Positions 26,345 to 39,971 of a stretch of DNA of 64,000 nt are shown here, piece by piece (position 1 is the first letter of the stretch; each line of letters opens with the position of its first letter). The stretch lies in NCBI RefSeq assembly GCF_009914755.1, contig NC_060932.1; one strand, 5' to 3'. The notes under the pieces are model-generated. The model was not told the origin of the DNA and did no database searches. It worked only from the letters and a program-made list of their open reading frames with translations. Origin of the DNA: the human T2T-CHM13v2.0 reference genome, Homo sapiens. Both the position numbers and the translations under genes were made by a program.

Positions 26345-26663
26345 TGCTATGGTCTGAATATCTGTGTCACCTCCTCCCAGATTCATATGTTGAAATTATA
26401 AACCCCTAATGTGATAGTATTAGAAGGCGGAGCTTTGGTAGGTGATCAGGTCAACAGGGTGGAGGCCTCATGAGTGGGGATTGGGGCCCTTGTGAAAAAG
26501 GAAGGCTCCATCTGTGAACCAGGAAGCCAGTCCTCACAGGAGATTTATCTCTGGGTGACTTGGTCTTGGATTTCCAGATTCCAGAACTGTGAGAAATGAA
26601 TATCTGCTGTTTGTAAATCCCCTGTAGCCTGGTATTCTGTGATAGCAGCATGAGCAGACTAGA
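26345..26663 (+). mobile_element. MLT1A-like MaLR LTR
   Basis: TGCTATGGTCTGAAT...CCAGAACTGTGAGAAAT...GCAGACTAGA. Confidence 0.85.
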
Positions 26664-26899
26664 AAAAAGTCCTGCCGGTCACATGGTGAAGCCTCAGCCT
26701 GATCACTTCTATCTCTTTTGGTTTTTTACTTCCTTGAGTGATTCCTGTATCTCATATCATGTGAAATATATTTCATCGTGTTTGAGATTTTAACAGGTCA
26801 TTACAAAACTAATGATAAGGATAATCAAATTATTTTAATCCTATGAAATTAAAATCTCAAAAGAAGAGAAGAAAATGGAAATGAACCACCAAAATAGTA

Positions 26900-27270
26900 A
26901 TAATCATAATGACCACAGTAACAGTAAGCCCCTTAATTTGTGTCTTGAACATGTTCTTGGTACCTCCCTGTGTTTACAACCAACCCTTTCACCAACCATG
27001 TGGGGCAGGTGCGTTATTCTCATTTCACAGGTGAGAGCACTGAGGCACACAGAGTTTGAATACATTGTTTAAGGTCACATATTTAGTTTATGTTACAACT
27101 AGGGTTTTTTTTTTTTTGTTTTCTTTTTTGAGACAAGTTCTCACTCTGTCACCCAGACTGGAGTGTAGTGGTGCAGTCTTGGCTCACTGCAGCCTTGACC
27201 TCCAGGGCTCTGGTGATTCTTCCATCGCAGCCTCTAAACAAGGCATTCTGACTCCAGAATCTGGTACACA
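26900..27270 (-). mobile_element. MIR interrupted by an AluJ right-arm fragment (27105-27235, -)
   Basis: CATTTCACAGGTGAGAGCACTGAGGCAC...AAGGTCACA; MIR resumes CATTCTGACTCCAGA after the Alu piece. Confidence 0.75.
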
Positions 27271-27530
27271 TACCTAAAAAAGTGAAACCTGGTACCTCAT
27301 CTGAGAATAAGGCTGACTACATAAAACATCACGTGGCTACACTCCCAACCGAGGCATCAGTAGTACGCTTCGCCCACATAGACACACACTTTTTATTCCC
27401 ACTGTGTGTTTATACCCTCAAACCCCTTTGCAGAAATGATTGAGTGCTTTCTATAGGGCTTCTTTTAGCCTAAATTGAGAGTAAAGGTTTAAAAAAACAG
27501 TTCAATATTTAAAAAAAAAAACAATTCAAT

Positions 27531-27850
27531 GGACTGAGCACAGTGGCATACGTCTGTAATCCAGGCACTTTGGGAGGTAGGAGGGTCACTTGAGCTCAGG
27601 AGTTCGGGACCAGCTTGTTACAGCTTGATATGTAGCATTTCATCTCTACAAAACAATTTTTAAAAAATTAGCCAAGTATAGTGGCATGTGCCTGTACTTC
27701 CAGCTACTTGGAAGCTGAAAAAGGAGGATCTCTTGAGCCTGGGAGGTTGAGGTTGCCCTGAGCCATGATCATGCCACTGCACTGCAGCCTGGGTGACAGA
27801 GAGAGACTTTGCCTCAAAAAAGAAATAAATAAAATAAAAACAAAATAAAA
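27531..27850 (+). mobile_element. AluJ
   Basis: Diverged dimer with J-type GGAGGATCTCTTGAGCCTGGGAGGTTGAGG. Confidence 0.9.
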
Positions 27851-29938
27851 CCAGTTAAATGGACAAGAGAAGAAAAAATGGGGGAAAAAACCAATGAAAG
27901 ATACCAATAATAGACATTTTATACAGATAGTATTTGAAAAGTTTTCTACATCTTAGATCCAATATGTTTTTTTTCCAATCATATGCTCTCTTCTTATAAA
28001 TAATCTTGCAAAAAGGTAAAATAGTTATAGAATCATCATCAATTAGACGTGCAAATTAAATGTAGTTCCTCACAAAGGAAAAAAAACTCACCTTTTTGTT
28101 TCTTAAACTGGCACTTGCTAATTTAGAACTTTATTGTAAAATAAAATGCTTTCTACTTCCCTAAGGGGTTGGGATTCCTATATAGTTTCTGCATACAGGA
28201 AAGAACTTTAGATTTTACTTTGGGAAAACAAACTTTTTGAATTAATTTTCAAATAGTCACTTATCCTATGATGAACTTCGTAGACATTTTCCCTGTAGTT
28301 TTTCAAAGTTGTTAAATAGATCGCACTGTACACAGCATATTATTACACACGTGGTACACCATGGTTGTCTATGGCATATGGAGCTGCGTGCAACCATGCA
28401 AAAAGCTGTCTGCAAAAGCGTTGGCTTGACTGGAAGACACAAGGAGGGTTATGGCTTCTCGTGACCTTGATCATTCACTTTAATTTTTACAGATTCAATT
28501 TTTGCACGTAGAAAATGGGCCAGTCATATCTGTCCTGATGTCTGGCAGTTAGTTATGATGCTCTTTATTATGATATATGGGGAAGAGTTATTAAATGAAT
28601 AAACAATGCACTATTTGTTTTCATTATGGAATGCGTTAGAGTTTGATAGAAGCCATACTATTTTCATTTATCTGAACTTTTACTGCTTAGACTACAGGGG
28701 TAGGAGTCACATCTAGATCATGTTACTTCATTTACATCAGCAATTTGCAGGGACCACCTGCAGCAGGGACCCGCCATGGGCTCCGCTTTTGATTTACAGC
28801 TCAATGCACCTGGAGTTGATCATGGAGCCAACGAGTGCTGTTATGCTGTGACAAACCTTAGTGTTTTGCTTGCACCTCTTTTTTGACATGAGAACTATCC
28901 TACCATAGTACCTTGTTTGCACTTCTTCCAAAATACTAATAATAAACAGTTATCTGAAATAGCACCTGAAGACAAATGCTTCTAGAATGTGGGCTTTGGG
29001 GAGGCCATGTGGGTTTGTCAGGAGAGACAGAGAGCAAAGGCTGCGGGCGTGCCAGGCTGCTGCCGAGGGGCGCGAAGATGGTGGAGAACATGTCCCAGGC
29101 CTGTTTGTCCCACCTTTTGTATACAAGACACCTTGTATGTTTCCTTAACAAACTTGTGCATGCATCTTACATGCCCTACCAAACTAATTATTTTGAAGCC
29201 TACTGCAGCTTCATACCCTCCTTGTATCTTCCCCAAGGCTCAGCCTAGGGCTTTATACCAGGAAGCTACTTGTTAAGCCGTTTTGCTTTAAAATATTAAT
29301 ATCACTATTTCAGATGCAGCCACATTCATATTCAAAATTTCCTTTTACATTAAACAAATCCTACTGATCAGTAGATGGCAAGCTTGCTACATCTAAATAC
29401 TGAGGTTTGGTTTTTCTGTTAGAAACTTCACTGACATTTTATTCCAAAATATTTAAAGCTTCTTTAAATTGATAGCATTCAGTTTGTTGTAAAACTGACC
29501 TGCTAATGCAATAGTTGATGCGTTCACTCACATCGAACTTCCAGCATTTAAGATACTGAATTAAATGAAAATGGAATTCCCAAGTCAAGTAAACAAATGA
29601 TGCACTTTCAATTAATAAAGTAATTCAGAGTTTTAATTCTTATTAATTAAACTTCTATTTCCTCACAAAATATGCTCTAGCTACCCCATAATGGTTGCAC
29701 CTGAAGAAACACGTCTGTTTGCCAGAAACAAAATAAAGAACTGCTGGTCACAGCTGCTCTGTTATGGTCCTCTGCTCATAGCACTGTTTCTGTTTTAATA
29801 TAAGCTAACCAAGCAGGGAGAGAAAAGTACTATGTCAACCTCACCCACATGAAAGTGCCAAATAAGAATTCAGGAAAAGACAAGGGAAGTTAAGTTCTCA
29901 ACAAACAAATCAATATGATTAAGAAAACTAACAGAGAT

Positions 29939-30180
29939 GACTTGAGCCCAGGAATTTGAGTTCAAGACAAGCCTGGGCAACATGGTGAAATCCAGTCTCT
30001 ACAAAAAACTATAGAAATTAGCTGGGTGTGGTGGTGAGTGCTTGTAGTCTCAGCTACTCAAGGATCTGAGGTGAGGTGGGAAGATCACCTGAGCCCCAGG
30101 GAGGTTGAGGCTGGAGTGAGCCATGATGACACCACTGCACTCCAGTCTGGGTGACAGAATGAGACCACCCAGAAAAAAAA
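29939..30180 (+). mobile_element. AluJ, 5'-truncated
   Basis: Starts at CTTGAGCCCAGG; J-type right arm. Confidence 0.9.
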
Positions 30181-30251
30181 GGAAAGAGAAAGAAAGAGAG
30201 AGAAAAAGAAAGAAAGAGAAAGAGAGAGAGAAAGAGAGAAAAAGAAAAGAA

Positions 30252-30287
<36 letters not shown>

Positions 30288-30356
30288 AAAAGAAAGGAAG
30301 AAGGAAAGAAAAGAAAGAAAGAAAGAATGGAAAGAGGGAGGGAAGGAGGGAGGAAA
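30171..30356 (+). repeat. Polypurine (GAAA/GA/GGAA)n tract
   Basis: ~185 bp almost entirely purine. Confidence 0.95.
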
Positions 30357-30380
30357 TTAAGAGGCAAATTGAATTCATAC

Positions 30381-30672
30381 TTTATTTATTTATTTATTGA
30401 CAGTCTTGCTCTGTTGTCTAGGCTGGAGTATAGTGACTTGATCACTGTAGCCTCCACATCCCACGCTCAAGTGATTCTCCCACCTCCGCCTCTCAAGTAG
30501 CTGGGACTATGGGCACATACCACCATGCCCAACTATTTTTTTTGTTGTTATTTGTAGAGGTGGGGTCTCACTTTGTTGCCTAGGCTGGGCTCGAACTTCT
30601 GAGCTCAAGTGATACTCCCGCCTTGGCCTCACACAGTGCTGGGATCACAAGCATGAGCCACCATACCCAGCC
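30381..30672 (-). mobile_element. AluJ
   Basis: Reverse dimer with (TTTA)n tail. Confidence 0.9.
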
Positions 30673-30941
30673 TGGTATACACTTCAAATGACTTGATGAG
30701 AAATACATTTTATTTATGAGTTGTTTTCTATTTGATAAGGTTTTTGACAGATAATTTGATCTGAAAAGAAATCATGACTTTTCACGAATAATAAATAGTA
30801 TTAATTTTCTACAAATACTTTTTTGGGCCTTTAAAACTCAACTTTATATGATAAAGTCTAGATTATAGTAGAACAAAGGTGATAATAATTTGTATATTGT
30901 CTTGTACAAGACAAGAAATCACAGCTAAAAGCTACATAAGT

Positions 30942-31233
30942 GGCCTGGGCAAGGTGGTTCATGCCGGTAATCCCAGCATTTTGGAAGGCTGAGGCAGGTG
31001 AATCACTTCGGGAGTTCAAGACCAGCCTGGCCAACACATTGAAACCCCATCTCTACTAAAAATACAAAAAATTAGCTGGGCATGGTGGTGCACATCTGTA
31101 ATTTCAGCTACTGGGGAGGCTGAGCTAGGAGAATGGCTTGAACCCGGGAGGTGGAGGTTGTAGTGAGCCGAGATTGCACCAATGAACTCTAGCGTGGGCA
31201 ACAGGACAAGACTCTGTCTCAAGAAAAAAAAAA
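30942..31233 (+). mobile_element. Alu (AluS)
   Basis: Full Alu; partial TSD ATAAGTG. Confidence 0.92.
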
Positions 31234-31309
31234 AGAGAGAGATAAGTGCACTTTATAGTCAGATGTGTAAATATTCCCTTTTGTGGGATAGTAGAGAAAT
31301 GGTCTGGCT

Positions 31310-31789
31310 GAAGATAAGTGTCCTGACTATCTATGGTAGAAACAGTCCCAGACTGCAGTCACATGAAGCCACAGCTGTATATTGTAGTCATGGTTTTGTG
31401 GGTTAGACATGCAGGCAGAACTCAGCAGCAGCCGCGCCGCCTCCATCGGGGAGGTCAGGTGGCTCAGTCGCACCGAGGGGGGGTCTTCTCTTCTCCCTTC
31501 TGCATCTGCGGACTCAGGAAGGCTCCCACGGTTTCTTGTCTCACATGGCCTGTGCCTGGGGTCTGCATGTGGTCACTTTGGGCTTTCCCGTAGTGTGAAG
31601 ACTTCAGAAAAGCTGGACTCCATGGAGACTGGGGAGACTGGGCTGGAGGGAAGCGGGCCAACTTCGCCTTGCCCTGCCTTGACAGCCCTGACTGTTGTGT
31701 CGGCCATGATAAATTAGCCAAGAATAATTGTGAAGACCAGCCCTGGCTCAAGGAAGAAAAAAAAAAATAGACCCTTCTTCTTAGAGAAG

Positions 31790-31821
<32 letters not shown>

Positions 31822-31842
31822 TTCAGCCATCTCTAATCTACA
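31310..31842 (-). mobile_element. MLT1 (H-like) MaLR LTR with internal poly(A) run
   Basis: TCATGGTTTTGTGGGTTAG...CTCAAGGAAG...CAGCCATCTCTAATCTACA; ~28-nt A run at 31794-31821. Confidence 0.6.
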
Positions 31843-33289
31843 AAAATAAGTATGAAAAAGTAAAATTCAATGAGTTCATAGTCTAAAGAATTACAACCTA
31901 ATGCTTTGGGCAATTCTTTTTTATATAAAATGGACAGGAAGTGCTTTCTGTGCTACAGGGCACTAAAATCATCATAGAGTGAGACTGGGAGAGTCATCCG
32001 AACCCATCCTTATCCCATGAGGACCAAAAGTTTCCAGGTTCTGAAATTAGATTTTCTCAGTCACATTCCAGGCAGAAAGCACTTACTTCATGCACATTGG
32101 TCTGGTTCACTTTCAGCATTGGAGGAACAAGAAAATAACACTAATTCCAGCTACTTCCCCGAGGCCACATTACCTCCCAGGATATGAAAATGTCTATGTC
32201 ATTTTGCAAATAAAAATGAATAATTTGAAGTGCATGCATATGATGTCATCGCAAGTATATATTTGCTTATTCATTCATTTTAATTATAAGGATGTTTTTG
32301 TTATAATATAGTTTGACTCTATTCATATTTTGCAAAAAAATAATCCTTTTGGGTTAGAAATTTCTGTAATTAGTTTCAGCTTAAAGATCAACTAGATGAA
32401 ATGTACAGACTGTTTTAGAATGGACTATAGTTGTCTATAATTAATAGCACATATTGCCTCTGAATCCCATATGGGCCCTGAGAGAAGAAACCCTTCAAAT
32501 CAAAGTCTTACCTGTCTCTCTTTTGTCTTAATCTAGAATGTTTTTAAATATCAGGTATATATGTAGGATGAAGATTCATGAATAATGTGTGTCTTATTAG
32601 GTAAAATTCACATTCTTATGAGACTGATTTTTGGAAGATATTCTTTTAAATCATGTTGAGAAGCTACACAATTTCTGCTGATCATAAATGACTGATTGGC
32701 CTATGTAGTACACTGGTCATTTATGGTGACCTGCAAATTAGAGACCAGGCTTTTTAAAAGATATCAAAACATGTATATTCCCAAAATATGAGAGCTCATT
32801 CTAAACTCTGCTTTTATATATTTTGACACTAAGGCACAGTGTAATTTAAGTGATTCACAGACGTTCATTCAGCTCCTGTAAGAATAAGTGTCTGTAGAAA
32901 TATCTGAATTCTGATGCTGATCCAATGGAAGTTCTACAAACTCTTTGAACTTTTTATTAAAAAAATCTCAAACACTTAAGTTATGGTTGTTAGATGTTTC
33001 ATAAAGCCAAACAAAAACTTCAGAGGCAATAAACCTCTAACACAGAGTTGCTATATTTTGTTTCAAGTCTTGTTTTCTGCATAGCTTGCTTTGGCTTCAA
33101 AATGTGCATGGCTTGAAATACAATAAAGAAAAGACTTCAACGTGTGTGGATTACATATATTGGTTACATTATCAGAACTTGAAATAATAATGAAATGTGG
33201 GCTTCAAGACCATGTGACTAAATGATTTCTCACACTAGCTTTTTATACTATAACAATACCCAATTCCTCCTAAATACTTCTAATGATAT

Positions 33290-33653
33290 TTATATGGTTG
33301 GCTGTGTCCCCACCCAAATCCCATCTTGAATTGTGTCCCCACCCAAATCCCCACTTGTCCTGGGAGGGACCCGGAGGTAACTGAATCATGGGTGCGGGTT
33401 TTTCCTGGGCTATTCTCCTGATACTGAATAAGTCTCATGAGATCTGATGGCTTTATAAAGGGCAGTTCCCCTGCAGGTTCTCTCTTGCCTGCCACCATGT
33501 AAGACGTGCCTTTGCTTCTCCTTTGTCTTCTGCCATGATTGTGAGGTCTTTCTAGCCATGTGGAACTGGGAGTCCATTAAACCTTTTTTTTTTTAAGTAA
33601 ATTACCCAGTCTCCTGTGTGTCTTTAGTAGCAGTGTGAGAACAGACTTACACA
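33290..33653 (+). mobile_element. THE1C-like solo LTR
   Basis: GGCTGTGTCCCCACCCAAATC...GAGATCTGATGG...TACACA; TSD GATAT/GGTAT. Confidence 0.9.
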
Positions 33654-34689
33654 GGTATCAAACCATATCTGGTAAAAGTTAAAGAGCATATTCTTTGAAA
33701 AATTAAATAGCTCTTTATCTTGAGCTGTTCCTTCTGATCTAATCAACTTGAAACATTAAGTGCAGCTATGGAACAAGTTGAAAGGTGGGTGTATACATTG
33801 GTAAGAATAGTGTAGCATTTGCACTATGCAGATTTTTTTAAAGTTCATTTTATTAGAGTACTTAGTGTACTCTTAATGTAATATTGCTCACATCTGCTCA
33901 TAGGTAATAACTCATTGCCACATAAGGAGATAAAGCAGCTCAGGACAATGAATTGGTCTGAGTTTTGTCCATCTGTTCCTTTCCTGCCTGCCTCCTTGAC
34001 ACCGTTCAGCCACTCGAGACTCTAAGCATTCTTTAATCCTTGGTTCAAATACCACATCTTGCCTCCATTCAGAAGTCTTGCCTTCTGCCTTTGAGCTCTT
34101 TGCTAGTTTCTCTCTTTATCGTGTATTATTGTCTACCTTGTAGTCAATTTTACTTATTTCCTTGTTGGTGTCTTTTCTCCTCCTTAAGGGGACAAATCCA
34201 ATTTTCACTTTGTGCTGGAAAAACTAAAAGGTAACTATGAATTTGTAATTTATGACCAAATAGGATAGACACTAGAAATCGGGAAGTATAAGGCCCTTTC
34301 TCTTTTCTTTTTTCCAGCACTGGTATTTTAATGTGCAGGTGAAATGGGAAGTTCAGTGAGGCCTACTCTCCAAGTTCCATTAGCAGCTCACCAGTCTGTG
34401 CTCCCATTGAGCTAGTTACAATTCTGTCACAGAGCATATTACATTCATCTTAGATATTCATTTTCTTGCCTTTCCAAAAGGTTCAGTGAGAAATGGGAGG
34501 TTTAATTTTCTAATTTGCCAGTGCCTAGCATTCTCTCATCTTCAAAATTTAGCCCATGATATTTCTCAGACTTGCCATAAAATAAGCAATGTAAATATAT
34601 GTATTGTATTAACTTGGGAATTTATGATTTAGTATTAAGGTACTCATTTGGTCTGAAGAAATCCCATGGTTTTTCTACATTTTAATAAT

Positions 34690-34895
34690 ACAAACATTAA
34701 TCAATGTTTATTGAGCGCTTGCCATATGGCATGCACGGTGCTGAGAGATTTATGTACATTATCTCATTTAATCTACTTTACAACATTTTGAATTCAATAT
34801 GGTGATTGATCTAATTTTGCAGTGGAGGAAACAGACTCACAAGCACACAGCTGTAAGCACCAAAGATCAGATTAAAACCCAGACCTTTCAGCCTC
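34690..34895 (-). mobile_element. MIR
   Basis: TTTATTGAGCGCTT...ATTATCTCATTTAATC...TTTTGCAGTGGAGGAAACAGA. Confidence 0.8.
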
Positions 34896-35968
34896 AACTG
34901 CTCCTTCTGCTTGAAATCTCATTGCCTACACACTCAGGGGCTCCCTTCTTGAATCCTTGTCTTTTACCAGGAACCTGCTCTCATAGATCACCTGGAAGCC
35001 CGAGCTCATGGGTTTCTCCTTCTCTGAAATTAAGCAACTAGAATTTGGTATGAGAGAGCTGTGGGCTGGAGAGGCACTCACGTTTTCATAGCCTCCAGGA
35101 TGTATGTGGCAGGAATGGAAACACAGGTCAATTGAAGTACAATATTGGCTGAGATTTCCAATGCAAATAAAACATCTGAAAGCTATTTCCCCATTTGCTT
35201 TTCTGTTTTTGATAATTTAAAGGCTCATTTAATTCTAATTTTAAATGAGTTTTATTTTCTCCTACATGATGGAAGCAGCAAAGGAGAAAAGTTTAATTGG
35301 GGAATGTTTTTTAATTTGAATATATACAAATGGAAATATAGCATAGATACTCAAATCTAATATGCATGATCTACAAAGAGTGGGAAAAAATCTATTCTTG
35401 TTGCTATAGTAACTAGAAATTGCTTTCAATATCTCTATTTTGTTTTTCACAGTGGATTGAGATCTAATGTCAATTTTCTAGTATGTTTCCCTGCCACAAA
35501 ATATTTTCTTCTCCAGTCCAGAATGTTTCTGCCTTACATAGTTCCACTCAGAAAGCTTGTAGAATGTCAGGTACTGCTTTGAAATGTGCTAGGATTTATT
35601 TCAATACATGTGAAATACATGGCCATGTATTGATCATATACAACATGCAAAAAAACTACTTTGGAGGCATAAGAACAAAACAGACTAGAACGTTACCACC
35701 TGTGGGGCCACTGCTAAGTGATTTCTACCCAAAGACCTTTAGGGGATGATAGAAACAAAAAGTAAATTGAGAAGTACATAAGAAAATTTGGTAGAAAATT
35801 CTCCAAAAATGTAGGCAATGCCTTCGAACATGAGGATACAAATGTCACATAAAATAAACTGCACCTAGCATTCTTTTATTCCTTTGCTGATATTTGAAAT
35901 TCCTAATGAAACTGACTATGTCATTAGAAAAGCAGTGATTGCTTCCCGTCTTTCATGCTTTCTCACAG

Positions 35969-36045
35969 GACTCTGAGTCTGCCCTGTGGATGCATTCACT
36001 CATTTGAAAATATTACTAAACGTCTGCTGTGTGCCAGATGTGTTG
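35969..36045 (+). other. Candidate internal exon (77 nt), probably non-coding
   Basis: Acceptor CTTCCCGTCTTTCATGCTTTCTCACAG|G and donor TTG|GTGAGT. Confidence 0.4.
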
Positions 36046-36242
36046 GTGAGTCCTGAGGCCAAGAAGGGAGCCGCCAGGATAATGGAGCCTAAGAAGCTGC
36101 TCCACTCGGTCCATCCGCGTTTCCTGGGGCTTCCCTACCCTTTCCTTATGCCAGCTCCAAGAAAGGGAAGTAGGAGCCTGGGAGGAGAGGGAGTGGTCTA
36201 AAATTCAAGCAACACAACTGATACCTATTGATCTTGAAACAC

Positions 36243-36592
36243 CGTATTATTCTGTTCCCCCCACCCCGTTCCCCACTGCTATAAAGAAATACCTGAGACT
36301 GGGTAATTTACAAAGAAAAGGGGTTTAATTGGCTCACAGTTCTGCAGGCTGTCCAGCAAACACAGTGGCTTCTGGGGAGGCCTCAGGAAATAGTCAATCA
36401 TGGCGGAAGGCGAAGGGAAAGCAGGTACGTGTTACATGGCCAGAACAGGTGAGCACCAAAGGGATGGTGCTAAACCATTCATGAAGGCTCCATCCCCATG
36501 ACCCAATCACCTCCCACCAGGACCCACCCCCAACATTGGGGATTACAATTCAACATGAGATTTGGGTGGGGACACAGATCCAAACCATATCA
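36243..36592 (-). mobile_element. MSTA-like MaLR solo LTR
   Basis: CTATAAAGAAATACCTGAGACTGGG...CCAAACCATATCA; TSD AACAC. Confidence 0.9.
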
Positions 36593-37110
36593 AACACGAA
36601 CACATTCCCAGTGCTATTCTAAGTGCCTTATTAATAGGGATCAGTTCCATGCAAATATCCTGTCCTGTTACATCTCTACACAGGCAATGGGTAGATCAAG
36701 AAATATTAATGAGAGAAAATCCACTGAGACTACTCCAGGCACCATCATTGGTACAAAGTGGGGGAAACCAAAGCGGAATTCACTGCGCTCATTCACAGCA
36801 TGTTGGCACCCAGGGCAATGCGATTCCTGCCGCGTCAGCTTGACTCCTGAGGCAAACAGGAGGCCGACGGCCACGTCAGTGTGTACTGGACACGGCTGAG
36901 AATCAGATCCATGTCTCTGCTCCTCTGATCGTAATGCTTCACGTATGACCTCAGGAGTGGAATCAGTTGCATTGTGTATCCTCTTGTGGATGGCTCCCTT
37001 ACTGGGAGCCTGGCTGTGATCCAGGCACCACCCTAAGCTCCTTACTCACCTTAGCACAATTAAAGGACTCACTTGATTCAGGAAACACCCAAGCCAAAGA
37101 GCGACATTAA

Positions 37111-37646
<536 letters not shown>

Positions 37647-39269
37647 GGCTGTGTACTCCCTCTCTTTAGGTCTCTTCTCACTCAATAGCAATTTTCACGA
37701 GGTTGATGATACTAAGCAGACTGAACGTCCGAGCATTCTCACCACAGCATGCACTAACTGGCTGACGTCTCTTCTGTCTGAGCTGTCCTGATGGTGACTA
37801 GTGACCCGCCTCTGCCTCCTGCCTGCACTCCCTCACGGTCGGATGTGCCCTCGCTCCTGCAGACAGGCGCTCTGGCTCTTGAGTCCTCATCGTTTCTCTG
37901 GGCAGTGTTTCATTCCACAACAGGATCTCCTAGAAGATGTCCTCTCTTAGCAAAATAAGTTTACAATTCCTTTGTCACCACTAAATTCTGTATGGAATCC
38001 ACTCTTTCTATGCCCCCTTTTACACACAGTAAGTCCAAGGAGGGTTAACCTCACTGTGTCCAGCTGCCAGGTGTCAAGGTGGTGAACGAGGACTACAACT
38101 GGGGATGCTGGTGGCAGCCAGCTTAGAAGCAGGGCATCCTAGGTGAGGGGTTCAGCTTTATCTCAGTTGTGCTGACCCATAAGCAGAGGAAACAACTGGG
38201 AAGCTGGCAGTGGATGGACAGGTCCTGACTCTTCCGGGCTGGTTGCTGAAGCAGTCTGGAGTCAGAATTTGATTTCCAAATATGCGCTGGCCACCAACCC
38301 ACTGTGCATTCATTCTTTCCATCTCTTCTGAAATCTAGATGCAGCTCCAACTTTCTCCTCCACTTCCCTACCCCATGTCTCACCATGAACATGGGTTAAG
38401 GTTTTCCTCGTAACCTCACGATATTCTTTCAAGCTTTTCTTCCCCTGCCATTGTGTGGCGGCTCCTTCCAAGCAGGCAACGCCACTGGCCTTCAAACAAA
38501 CAAAGCCGTCTCTTAACCCTGGACCTCACTCTGGATTTTCTTTCCTCCTGGAATCCTCCTCACTGTAGTTCACTTGACTCCTCACGCCCTCATGCCATTC
38601 AGCTTCTGCTCATGAGTCAGCCCCTCTGAGATGCCTTCTTTGATTTTGTTTTCCCTTGGTGTTTGTCCAGTGCGTACACTAGTGCTGGAGGCTTCTGTAT
38701 TTATTTGTAATCTGCCTTTCTAGGGGAAAGATGCTCACTGAGTTATCTCCACTTGAACAGCTAACAGTCATCTTCCATTTAATTTGCCAGAGTCAAACTT
38801 CTGATTTCCCTAAACACTGGCAATCAAGGTCTTTTTCTCCCCCCATCTTCCCCATCTAAAACTTGGCAACTTGAAATCCCTGTTGTTCTAGTAATGACTT
38901 GACTTCGTCTGTGCTGAGAGGAGGCAAAGAGTTCTTTAGAAATAAAAACCAGAGTGAAAATAAAAAATAAAATCAGTCTAGTCTGTTGTCTGGCAACAAA
39001 GACAGGGGAAGAAAAACAGACAAGTGAAATTGGGCATGAGAGTGACTTCTGTTTTTAAGTAACAGAAATACTCCGGAAGGTGTTCCAATGTGAGAGGATG
39101 CAGAGGTGATTTCCATGTGACATGAATACACACAGTCGTCCACACAGACCGAAGGCCTGTGTATGCCACAGGCTTGAGCACAACACCCTGCAGACCCCAC
39201 AGGCATCAGAGCTCAGGGCTGCTGCTTTTCCTCACTCGTGTCGGGGATTCTCACCACTCAACGCACCCC

Positions 39270-39460
39270 CCACTTCAGTTGCTCAGTATCAAGAGATGCT
39301 GCAAACCTCCTATTTTCACCCTAGGATGCCTTCCCTCTCATACCTGGACTGGGATGGTGAAGACCCACCCTGATTCGCAGGTTACTGCAGTTATTATTGT
39401 AGTGACTTATGTATGACTTTAAAGCGTAGCACAATGTGGATCTCAAAATACCATGTTAAG
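39270..39460 (+). mobile_element. MIR (diverged)
   Basis: CCTTCCCTCTCATACCTGGACTGGGATGGTGAAGACCCACC...AAAGCGTAGCACAATG. Confidence 0.5.
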
Positions 39461-39491
39461 GCGTAGCGGCAGGCTGGTTAGGGAGGGTTAT

Positions 39492-39971
39492 CCATGCAGA
39501 GCAGGTGAACCCAATGTTGGGGCTTGGCCCAGGAGGGTTCTTGGCTTCACCCAGGAAAGAATTCAAGGGCCAGCCAGTGGTGTTCAACAGCAGCTTTTAC
39601 TTAAGCTGCAGTGTGCAGCAGCAGCAGCAGAGGTACTGCTCCCCATGAAGCGGGTCACCCCTTAGGCAGTGAGCCCAGAGTCACCACTCAGAGGCAGTGC
39701 TGCAGTGTTATTTACACCTGTGTTTAATTATATGCAAATTAAGGGGCAGTGTTTGCAGACACTTCTAGGATGAGCGTGATAATTTCCAGGTTGTCCGGTT
39801 GTTGCCATGGAAAGGCGTGGTAACATCTGAGTGTTGCCATGGCAATGGTAAACTGGCATGGCACACAGGGTGTGTCTTACGGAGGCTGCTTCTATCCAGC
39901 CCTGTTTTAGCTAGTCCTCAATTTGGTCCAGTGTCCGAGTCCCTCTGGAGTCCAGGCCACCTCCTAGCTCC
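39492..39971 (-). mobile_element. ERV1 solo LTR (MER66-like)
   Basis: CCTGTTTTAGCTAGTCCTCAATTTGGTCC and CAGGAAAGAATTCAAGGG; 4-bp TSD TTAT (39488-91, 39972-75). Confidence 0.75.

Noticed and set aside
30050-30500. Lys/Glu/Arg-rich and Phe/Ser/Leu-rich ORFs
   Set aside because: Translations of the (GAAA)n tract and flanking Alus
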